Source: Hyalangium minutum (GTDB lineage: Bacteria; Myxococcota; Myxococcia; Myxococcales; Myxococcaceae). Taken from it: 248,000 nucleotides of DNA. The notes below the pieces were generated by a model. That model made no database searches. It saw only the letters and a list, made by a program, of their open reading frames with translations, and was not told where the DNA came from. The DNA lies in NCBI RefSeq assembly GCF_000737315.1, contig NZ_JMCB01000005.1, positions 20,001 to 268,000 of the forward strand, given 5' to 3'. Every line of letters begins with the position of its first letter. The first letter of the stretch is position 1. Positions 10,527 through 18,389 of this stretch are shown piece by piece. Made by a program: the position numbers and the translations under genes.

Positions 10527-11065
10527 GAGGCGTTCCCCACCGCCGCCTCGGGGGGGGGCTCGGTTTCTGGGGAGGCCAGGTGGACCGAGCAGAGGGTCTC
10601 GAGCGGACGCTGGATGGACGCCAACTCCGCGCCCGCCACGTACTCCTCGATCGCGTACTCGTACGACACCAGCTCGAAGCCCACGAAGCGCGCTCCCGGG
10701 GGCGGCCGGATGGAGGACTCCACCTCATCGAGCGCGGCCCAGGGCGCCTCATTGAGCCGGTCGAGCATCGTCACCGCGAAGCGCTCCTGGCGCTCCGCAT
10801 CGTCGCCCTCCACGAACACCTGGAAGAGCAGGCGCTGGGCCCGGAAGAACTCCACGGGCAGCACGCTGTACGGGAACACCACGCGCGAGCCCCCCAGCGA
10901 GTCGTGGAGCACGACCATCAGACGCGGCGTCACCGCCGGGACGGCATGCGAGAACATGTTCTGCGCCACGAAGGGCCAGCGGTTCGTGTTCCGCAGCGTG
11001 TGCACCAACTGCACGGCCACCAGTAGGCCGAAGCCGGCCCAGCAGCCCATCTGTACCCAGTCCAT
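10523..11065 (-). CDS. SdpA/DUF5819-like partner protein
   Basis: N-terminal TM then WPFVAQNMFS; overlaps HTTM gene by 4 nt. Confidence 0.5.
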   Translation of the reverse strand: MDWVQMGCWAGFGLLVAVQLVHTLRNTNRWPFVAQNMFSHAVPAVTPRLMVVLHDSLGGSRVVFPYSVLPVEFFRAQRLLFQVFVEGDDAERQERFAVTMLDRLNEAPWAALDEVESSIRPPPGARFVGFELVSYEYAIEEYVAGAELASIQRPLETLCSVHLASPETEPPPEAAVGNAS

Positions 11066-11223
11066 GCCCTCGACTCCGCACGCTCCACCGCCGGCGCGCC
11101 CGCCGCGGCGCTCAGCATATCGGATTGCCCCCGGTCACCCTCAACCCAGGATTCCTGGATTAAGGATAAATATCTGTAATTGCTGGGAGAATACGAATGG
11201 CCTGGAAAAATACATTCTCTGTG

Positions 11224-11252
11224 TTGACAGGAAAAACGGCTTAAGCCATTAT
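11224..11252 (+). promoter_or_regulatory. sigma70-type promoter upstream of precursor 1
   Basis: TTGACA-17 nt-CATTAT in an AT-rich intergenic region. Confidence 0.6.
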
Positions 11253-11298
11253 TCCTCCTGTCAGCGCGAGTGCTGACTCACCCCCACGGAGATCGACC

Positions 11299-11409
11299 AT
11301 GAACGACAAGGCCACCATCGAGATCAAGAAGGATGAGAAGAAGGCGGAGCCCAAGAAGGTCGTGGTCGTAAAGACCAGCATCAAGGCCGGTCCCGCGGCG
11401 TTCAACTAG
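11299..11409 (+). CDS. mccA1: microcin C-like precursor peptide 1 (36 aa, C-terminal Asn)
   Basis: MNDKATIEIKKDEKKAEPKKVVVVKTSIKAGPAAFN*; absent from ORF track; directly upstream of ThiF enzyme. Confidence 0.85.
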   Translation: MNDKATIEIKKDEKKAEPKKVVVVKTSIKAGPAAFN

Positions 11410-11438
11410 GCCGCCCCTCGCATCTCCTGCTGTAATGA

Positions 11439-11480
11439 CGGCCCGGCCGCTCTTCGAGAGCGCCGGGCTGTTTTCTTTTC
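11439..11480 (+). terminator. hairpin + U-tract between precursor 1 and ThiF 1
   Basis: GCCCGGC CGCTC TTCG AGAG CGCCGGGC TGTTTTCTTTT. Confidence 0.7.
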
Positions 11481-11514
11481 CCCTCCGAGCCCCTGGACCT
11501 GACGGCCCCTGCCC

Positions 11515-12558
11515 ATGAAAGACCACCTCTGGCTGCTGCCCACCGTCGTCTCATCGGTCATCGGTGATGAGCTGATCCTGTACCAGACGGAGACCCGCCT
11601 GGCGCTCTCGCCCGGAGGCCCGGAGCTCTTCGAGGTGGTGCGGCAGCTCGATGGAAACCGCACGGAGGAGGAGCTGCGCGCGCTGCCTCGGGGCGAGGAG
11701 GTGCTCGAGATCCTCGAGGGAGAGAAGTGGCTGGTCCGGCTCGAGACGCCTCTGGCGCGCTTCATCGAGGGCCGGCCGTGGATCACCCGGCAGCTCTCTT
11801 TCTACGCCCACCTCCAGCGCCGCTACCCGGATCGGATCTTCGCCGAGCTGGCGAGCGCCCACGTCGTCATCGTGGGCACGGGAGGCATCGGCTCTCATGT
11901 CGCCATGAGCCTTGCGGGCGCGGGGGTGCACCGGATGACGCTGATGGATCCGGACACCATCGACCTGAGCAATCTCAACCGGCAGTTCTTCTACACGCGC
12001 GAGGACGTGGGCTCGCGGAAGGTGGACGCGGCCGCGCGCTTCCTGCTGGCCCGCCATCCCCACCTGCAGATCGACGCCATCCCGGAGGCGCTGTTCGCCA
12101 GCGAGGGACAGGCGGACCTGCTGCGGACCGCCAACCTGATCCTCTTCGCGGGAGATGGCCCCACGGTGCTCCAGGGAATGACGGCGCGGGTGGGCAGCAC
12201 GCCCGTGCTCGTGGGGGGCTACATGGGACAGATCGGCGTGGTGGGGCCCACCTTCTGGCCGGCCAAGGGCTCGGCGTGCTGGGGGTGCTGGACCGCCGCC
12301 AATGACGAGAAGCCGCTGGGGGAGATCTTCTCGACGGCGATCTCGCGCGAGGCCGCGTGGAACTCCTCGGGCGTCACCTTGAATGGCATCACCGGCAACC
12401 TCCTGGCGGAGGAGGCCCTGCGGTGCCTGGCGCCCTCGCTGGGAGGCCCCCTGCTGCTCGACGCGCGCATCTCCCTGGACATGGCGACCCTGTCGCTGAA
12501 GCGGACGCCCGAGGCCCCCGTCAACTGCCCCCACCGTCAAGAGGTCCCCAAGGCATGA
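11515..12558 (+). CDS. mccB1: ThiF/MccB-like peptide adenylyltransferase 1
   Basis: GTGGIG, DPDTIDLSNLNRQF, CWGC; N-terminal RRE-like domain. Confidence 0.85.
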   Translation: MKDHLWLLPTVVSSVIGDELILYQTETRLALSPGGPELFEVVRQLDGNRTEEELRALPRGEEVLEILEGEKWLVRLETPLARFIEGRPWITRQLSFYAHLQRRYPDRIFAELASAHVVIVGTGGIGSHVAMSLAGAGVHRMTLMDPDTIDLSNLNRQFFYTREDVGSRKVDAAARFLLARHPHLQIDAIPEALFASEGQADLLRTANLILFAGDGPTVLQGMTARVGSTPVLVGGYMGQIGVVGPTFWPAKGSACWGCWTAANDEKPLGEIFSTAISREAAWNSSGVTLNGITGNLLAEEALRCLAPSLGGPLLLDARISLDMATLSLKRTPEAPVNCPHRQEVPKA

Positions 12559-13037
12559 GCGCCACCGACACCCAGTCCAGCTGTTTCTTCTGCAGACTCA
12601 TCGCGGGCCGCGAGCAGGCGTGGAAGATCTGGGAGGACGAGCACCACCTCGCCTTCCTCACGCCGTTCCCCAACGCGGCCGGCTTCACCGTGGTGGCGCC
12701 CAAGAAGCACCTGGGCAGCTACGTGTTCTCGCTGGAGGACGCGGAGTACACCGGCCTGCTGCTGGCGGCCCGAAAGGTGGGGCTCATCCTGGACCGCGCC
12801 TTCGGCACCCGGCGCACCGGGCTGTTCGCCGAGGGCATGGGCATTGATCACGCCCACGTGAAGCTCACGCCGCTGCACGGCCTCCCCGAGGGGCCCTGGC
12901 AGGCGGTGCGCAGCACCGTGCGGACCTTCTACACGCGCTACGAGGGCTACATCGCCTCCCACGACGGGCCGCGCATGCCCGACGCGGAGCTGGACGCACT
13001 GGCCGAGCGCATCCGCAAGGCCGCCGCAGAGATTTGA
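12555..13037 (+). CDS. mccH: HIT-family phosphoramidase, MccH-like immunity protein
   Basis: CFFC start, variant triad HAHVK. Confidence 0.8.
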   Translation: MSATDTQSSCFFCRLIAGREQAWKIWEDEHHLAFLTPFPNAAGFTVVAPKKHLGSYVFSLEDAEYTGLLLAARKVGLILDRAFGTRRTGLFAEGMGIDHAHVKLTPLHGLPEGPWQAVRSTVRTFYTRYEGYIASHDGPRMPDAELDALAERIRKAAAEI

Positions 13038-13153
13038 GGCTCTGCCAGGTAAACGTCAAAAACACGTTTGCAGGGGCTTGCGGTTTTTTACGGACTGTGT
13101 GACTATCCTTGACGCAGCGACGCTGTCCGTTTTCACCTCAAGGAGACGCTTCC

Positions 13154-13294
13154 ATGAACGAGAAGACCGCCCAGGAGTCCCAGAAGACCGAGAGCCCCAA
13201 GGCCGAGACCCCGGCCAAGAAGGCCGTCATCGTGAAGACCCGCATCAAGGCGGGCCCGGGCGGTGGTGGCCTTGTGCATCCGATCGCCAACTAG
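13154..13294 (+). CDS. mccA2: microcin C-like precursor peptide 2 (46 aa, C-terminal Asn)
   Basis: AGGAG RBS; MNEKTAQESQKTESPKAETPAKKAVIVKTRIKAGPGGGGLVHPIAN*. Confidence 0.85.
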   Translation: MNEKTAQESQKTESPKAETPAKKAVIVKTRIKAGPGGGGLVHPIAN

Positions 13295-13322
13295 GTAGAA
13301 ACGACAGCTCACTTGAAGAGGC

Positions 13323-13361
13323 AACGGCCCGGCAGCCAGAAGCGTCGGGCCGTTTGTTTTT
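13323..13361 (+). terminator. hairpin + U-tract between precursor 2 and ThiF 2
   Basis: AACGGCCCG...CGGGCCGTT TGTTTTT. Confidence 0.7.
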
Positions 13362-13362
13362 C

Positions 13363-14409
13363 ATGAACGACTATCTCTGGCTGCTCCCCACTGTCAGAAC
13401 GTCCCTCGTGAAGGATGAGCTGATCCTCATTCAAGGAAGCAACTTCTTTTCGTTCTCACCCAACGGGCCTCAGCTCCTCGAGGCGGTGCGCCAGTTCGAT
13501 GGGAACCGGACGGAGCGCGAGCTTCGTGCACTGCCCCAGGGAGAGGAGCTGCTGGGCCTGCTCGAGGAGGAGCAGTGGATCGTCCGGCTCGAAGCTCCGC
13601 TGCGTGACCTCATCGAGGGCAGACCCTGGATCAGCCGGCAGCTCTCCTTCTATGCCCACGTCCAGCGGAACTACCCCCACCGGGTCCTCGCGGAGCTGGA
13701 GAAGCGGCACGTTCTGATCGTCGGCACGGGGGGCGTCGGCTCCCATGTGGCAGCCAGTCTGGCGGGCGCGGGCGTGTGCCGGATGACGCTGATGGACCCC
13801 GACACCATCGAGCTGAGCAACCTCAACCGGCAGTTCTTCTATTCGCGTGAGGACATCGGGGCCTCCAAGGCGGCCAAGGCCGCGAGCTTCCTGCTCGCCC
13901 GCCACCCGCACCTGCAGCTCCAGACGCTGCACGAGCCTCTCTTCGCTCACGAGGAGCAGCTTCAGCGGCTTGGAGGCGTGGACCTCATTGTGTTCTGTGG
14001 CGACGGGCCCACGGTCTTGCGGAAGACCGCGCAAGTGGGAATGACGCCGGTGACCAGCGGAGGCTATGCGGGGTCGGAAGGCATCATCGGGCCGACCTGC
14101 TGGCCTGCGAAAGGCTCGGTGTGCTGGGGGTGCCGGAACGACTACAGGGATGAGCCTCGGACGATGGAGATCCTCGGCGCGCAGGTCAGCCGCGAGAATG
14201 ACTGGAACCCTTCCGGTACGACGGTGAACGGCCTCGTGGGCAATCTCCTGGCCGAAGAGGCCCTGCGCTGTCTGGCACCCACGCTGGGGGGGCCCCGGCT
14301 GTTGAATGCTTACATGTCTCTGGACATGGAGAGCCTGGCGCTTCGGCGCATCGAGCTCCCTCCTGTCGAGTGCCCGCACCGCACCGAGCCCTCCACGCCA
14401 CAGCCCTGA
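13363..14409 (+). CDS. mccB2: ThiF/MccB-like peptide adenylyltransferase 2
   Basis: Paralogue of 11515; GTGGVG, SNLNRQF, CWGC. Confidence 0.85.
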   Translation: MNDYLWLLPTVRTSLVKDELILIQGSNFFSFSPNGPQLLEAVRQFDGNRTERELRALPQGEELLGLLEEEQWIVRLEAPLRDLIEGRPWISRQLSFYAHVQRNYPHRVLAELEKRHVLIVGTGGVGSHVAASLAGAGVCRMTLMDPDTIELSNLNRQFFYSREDIGASKAAKAASFLLARHPHLQLQTLHEPLFAHEEQLQRLGGVDLIVFCGDGPTVLRKTAQVGMTPVTSGGYAGSEGIIGPTCWPAKGSVCWGCRNDYRDEPRTMEILGAQVSRENDWNPSGTTVNGLVGNLLAEEALRCLAPTLGGPRLLNAYMSLDMESLALRRIELPPVECPHRTEPSTPQP

Positions 14410-14517
14410 GTCCAGGGTCCGGCTGAGTGCCTGCTCGCTCCCGCCCTGAGGGGGCTCCGAAACTATCCAGCTCAGGACGGGTGCGTTACGATGTGAGCCC
14501 TCCGATTCGGCGCGCGC

Positions 14518-15693
14518 GTGGCCATCCCCTTCTCCCGGTCTCTCCTCTCGCTCAAGGCGGACAACCAGCGGCCCTCGCTGGTGGCGCTGCTCGTGGGCGT
14601 GTTGATCCTCGGAGGGTGGCTGGCCTGGTTCCTCTGGAGCGAGGTGCCCGTTCACGAGCTCAGCGCTCAGGCGCGCCTGGAGGTGTCTCGCGACGCGTAC
14701 TCCATCGACGCGCCCGTGGCGGGCACGGTGGTGGCGCTCCCCCTGGCCTTGTCCCAGGAGGTCTCCGCGGGGCAGGTGCTCGTCGAGCTGGACACCGCGC
14801 CCGCGCGGCTCAAGTTGCAGGAGGCGCGCGCCCGTCGTGAGAGCCTGTCCCAACAGCTGACGGCCCTGCGCGCCCAGCTCGTCTCGGAGGAGACCACGCT
14901 GCAGAACACCCGGAAGGCCACCGACGCTTCGCTGGAGGAGGCGCGGGCCCTGCTCTCGCAGGCGGAGACTTCGGCGCGGTTCGCCGAGGGGGAGCTGCGG
15001 CGGACCACCGGGCTGCTGGATGGCGGGTTTGTCGCCGAGGCCGAGCACCAGCGCACCACGAGCGAGACGTCCCAGCGGCAGGGCGCCGTGGAGGCCCAGC
15101 GCCGGCTGGTGGAGCGGCTGACGTGGGATGCCCGCGCGAAGCTCAGCAGCCAGCAGGCCCACATGGAGGATCTCCGCCGCCAGGCCGCGCTCCTCGAGGG
15201 CGAGGTCCAGGCCCAGAGCGCGCAGGTGGAGCAGCTCGACTATGAGCTGACGCTGCGGACCATCCGCGCACCCGCCGCGGGCCGCGTCGCCGCGCTTGCG
15301 CCGCTGCGCACGGGCATGGTGGTGCGCCAGGGAGACACGCTGGCCTCGGTTGTTCCCACCGGTGAGCTGAAGGTGATCGCGGACTTCCCGCCTCCCGCAG
15401 CGCTCGGGCGGATCCGCCCCGGCCAGCCCGCCCAGGTGCGGCTGGATGGGTTCCCCTGGGTCCAGTACGGGAGCATCCAGGCCCGGGTCTCCAGCGTGGC
15501 GAGCGAGGCGCGCGCCGGCATCGTCCGCGTGGAGTTCGACGTCCAGCCGGACTCCTCGTCCGCCATTCCCCGGCAGCACGGCCTCACCGGCTCCGTCGAA
15601 GTCGAGGTGGAGCGCACCACCCCCGCCCGGCTCGTGCTGCGCGCGGTGGGGGAGCGCCTCCGAGGTGCCGGGCTGCAAGGGACCGCGCCATGA
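14518..15693 (+). CDS. HlyD-family membrane fusion protein
   Basis: TM anchor, lipoyl half-motifs IDAPVAG / IRAPAAG, coiled coil. Confidence 0.9.
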   Translation: MAIPFSRSLLSLKADNQRPSLVALLVGVLILGGWLAWFLWSEVPVHELSAQARLEVSRDAYSIDAPVAGTVVALPLALSQEVSAGQVLVELDTAPARLKLQEARARRESLSQQLTALRAQLVSEETTLQNTRKATDASLEEARALLSQAETSARFAEGELRRTTGLLDGGFVAEAEHQRTTSETSQRQGAVEAQRRLVERLTWDARAKLSSQQAHMEDLRRQAALLEGEVQAQSAQVEQLDYELTLRTIRAPAAGRVAALAPLRTGMVVRQGDTLASVVPTGELKVIADFPPPAALGRIRPGQPAQVRLDGFPWVQYGSIQARVSSVASEARAGIVRVEFDVQPDSSSAIPRQHGLTGSVEVEVERTTPARLVLRAVGERLRGAGLQGTAP

Positions 15694-18389
15694 GCTCGCG
15701 GCGCCTCCTGGTGCCCGAGGTCATTCAGACCTCGGCGATGGACTGCGGCCCAGCCTCCCTCAAGAGCCTGCTCGAGGGACTGGGCCGTCCCGTCAGCTAC
15801 GGCCGTCTGCGCGAGGCCTGCCAGACGGACGTCGATGGCACTTCGATTGATACGCTCGAGGACCTCATGGTGCAACTCGGGCTGGAGGCCGAGCAGGTCC
15901 TCCTGCCCAGCGACCACCTGCTGCTCCCGGAGGCTGAGTCCCTGCCCGCGCTCGGGCTGATCCGGCTGCCCACGGGCTTTGCCCATTTCGTGGTCATCTG
16001 GGCGCGCCACGGGCCGCTCGTGCAGGTGATGGATCCGGCCACGGGCCGCCGGTGGCCCACGGCCCGCCGCTTCGTCCAGGATCTCTATCCGCACATCATG
16101 TCCCTGCCTGCCGAGGGCTGGCGAGAGTGGGCGCTCAGCGACGAGTTCCTCAAGCCGCTGGGCGCGCGCCTGGCGCAGCTGGGCGTGAAAGGGAGCGATG
16201 CGGAGCGGCTCATCTCGGCCGCCACGGTGGTTCCCGGTCCCATGGGCATCGCTACGCTCGATGCGGCCACGCGGATGACGGAGGCCATGGTCTCCGCGGA
16301 CATTCTCCGCCGGAGCAACGCCCGGCCCGTGGTGGGGTCCCTCTTCGAGCGCGCCCGCGCCTCGGCCGAGGGGCCCGAGCGCATCATCCCCGAGGCCTAT
16401 TGGACGGTGCGCCCCGCGCCCGAGGAAGAGGGGCAGGAGCCCCAGGTGCGCGTCCGGGGCACCGTCGCCGTCCGGGTGAAGGGGCTCAAGGCCCTCGCTC
16501 CGCAAGCGGGTACGGCTGCGGACGATGGGGGCGCCGCGCTCTCTCCGGAGCTGCAGGCCGCGCTGACGGAGCCGCCTGCCCGTCCGGGCCATCAGCTCTG
16601 GAGCCTGGTGCGCCAGGAGCCGCTGCCGCTGCTCTGGGCAGCGCTCACCGGCTTGGGGCTCGGCGCGGGGGCGGTGGTGCTGCAGGCCCTGCTCTTCCGC
16701 AGCCTGTTGGATCTGGGGCGCAGCTTCGGTCCGCCCTTGGAGCGGCTCGGAGTGCTCGCCGGGCTCCTGCTCTTCCTGGGAGCGCTCGCGCTGGTGGAGC
16801 TCCCCACCGCGCTGCTGCTCAAGAGCCTCGGGCGCAAGCTGGAGGCCCGGCTGCGCATCGCGTTCTTCGAGAAGATTCCCAAGCTCGGTGACCGCTACTT
16901 CCGCAGCCGGCCCAGCTCCGACATGGCCCACCGCAGCCACGAGCTTCATGGCCTCCGGTTGCTGCCTGATCTGATGGGCCGGGCGGTGCGGGCCCTCGTC
17001 GAGCTGGGGGTGACGACAGCGGGCATCCTCTGGCTGGCGCCCTCCAGCGCCGTCCCCGCCCTGCTGGCGTGTGCCGCCGGTGTGCTCGTGCCACTCGGGC
17101 TTCAGCCGCTGCTCGCCCAGTGGGACATGCGGGTCCGCACGCACACGGGCTCGCTGAGCCTCTTCTACCTGGATGCCTTCCTGGGCCTGGTCCCCATTCG
17201 CACCCATGCAGCGGCGCGCGCCGTCCGCGCCGAGCACGAGGGGTTGCTGGTCGAGTGGAGCAAGGCCGCTCGGAGCTACCTGAAGGCGGGCGTCATGGCC
17301 GAGGGGCTCCAGGCCCTCTGCGGATTCGGGCTGGCCGCATGGCTCGTCACCAGCCACATCACCCACGCGAGCGACTCCAGCCGCGTGCTGTTGCTCATCT
17401 ACTGGGCCCTCAACCTCCCGGTGCTCGGCAGTGAGCTGACGGCGGTGGCCCGGGAGTATCCGGGGCTGCGCAACACCACGCTCCGGCTCCTGGAGCCGCT
17501 GGGCGCCCGCGAGGAGGAGGCTCGTACGGATGGCTCGGTGCAGGCCCCCGTGTCTGGAGCTGAGCCTGCGGCTGTCTCGGTCTCTCTGGAGAAGGTGACG
17601 GTCCACGCCGCAGGGCATGTCATCCTCCAGGACGTGGATCTGCGCGTCGCGCCGGGGAGCCACGTGGCCGTCATCGGGCCGTCGGGAGCGGGCAAGTCCA
17701 GCCTCATTGGGCTCCTGCTCGGCTGGCACCTGCCCTCCACGGGCGAGCTGCGGGTGGATGGGGCGCGGTTGGAGGCGGAGCGGCTGGTGGCGCTGCGCCG
17801 GCAGACAGTATGGGTGGATCCGGCAACGCAGTTGTGGAACCGCAGCCTGCTGGAGAACCTGCGCTACGGCACGGGCCAGGGCGCCGCGTCCCTGCCTCGG
17901 GTGCTGGAGCAGGCCGAGCTGCTGACGGTGCTCGCCCGCATGCCGGAGGGGCTGCAGACGCCGCTCGGAGAGGGCGGCGGCATGGTCTCCGGTGGCGAGG
18001 GCCAGCGCGTCCGGCTGGGCAGGGCGATGCTCCAGGAGCAGGTGCGCATGGTGGTGCTCGACGAGCCCTTCCGCGGACTGGATCGCGAGCGGCGGCACCG
18101 GCTCATGCTCAACGCCCGGGAGCTGTGGAAGGGCAAGACGCTGTTCTGCATCACCCATGATGTGCGGGAGACGCTCGGCTTCGAGCGGGTGCTGGTCATC
18201 GAAGGAGGGCGGCTCGTCGAGGACGGTCCTCCCGCGGAGCTCTCGGCCCGGCCGGACTCGCGCTACCGCGCGCTGCTGGACGCCGAGGAGCTGGCCGACC
18301 GGGAGATCTGGCAGGGCTCCGAGTGGCGGCGGCTCCGGCTCGAGCAGGGCCAGCTGCGCGAGGAGCAGCCCACGAGGAAGACGGCATGA
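15690..18389 (+). CDS. C39 peptidase-containing ABC exporter
   Basis: QTSAMDCG and HFVV catalytic motifs; GPSGAGKS; VSGGEGQR. Confidence 0.9.
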   Translation: MSSRRLLVPEVIQTSAMDCGPASLKSLLEGLGRPVSYGRLREACQTDVDGTSIDTLEDLMVQLGLEAEQVLLPSDHLLLPEAESLPALGLIRLPTGFAHFVVIWARHGPLVQVMDPATGRRWPTARRFVQDLYPHIMSLPAEGWREWALSDEFLKPLGARLAQLGVKGSDAERLISAATVVPGPMGIATLDAATRMTEAMVSADILRRSNARPVVGSLFERARASAEGPERIIPEAYWTVRPAPEEEGQEPQVRVRGTVAVRVKGLKALAPQAGTAADDGGAALSPELQAALTEPPARPGHQLWSLVRQEPLPLLWAALTGLGLGAGAVVLQALLFRSLLDLGRSFGPPLERLGVLAGLLLFLGALALVELPTALLLKSLGRKLEARLRIAFFEKIPKLGDRYFRSRPSSDMAHRSHELHGLRLLPDLMGRAVRALVELGVTTAGILWLAPSSAVPALLACAAGVLVPLGLQPLLAQWDMRVRTHTGSLSLFYLDAFLGLVPIRTHAAARAVRAEHEGLLVEWSKAARSYLKAGVMAEGLQALCGFGLAAWLVTSHITHASDSSRVLLLIYWALNLPVLGSELTAVAREYPGLRNTTLRLLEPLGAREEEARTDGSVQAPVSGAEPAAVSVSLEKVTVHAAGHVILQDVDLRVAPGSHVAVIGPSGAGKSSLIGLLLGWHLPSTGELRVDGARLEAERLVALRRQTVWVDPATQLWNRSLLENLRYGTGQGAASLPRVLEQAELLTVLARMPEGLQTPLGEGGGMVSGGEGQRVRLGRAMLQEQVRMVVLDEPFRGLDRERRHRLMLNARELWKGKTLFCITHDVRETLGFERVLVIEGGRLVEDGPPAELSARPDSRYRALLDAEELADREIWQGSEWRRLRLEQGQLREEQPTRKTA

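Noticed and set aside
13078-13110. Internal promoter for mccA2
   Set aside because: AT-rich, but the -35/-10 spacing is poor; plausible but not supported well enough.
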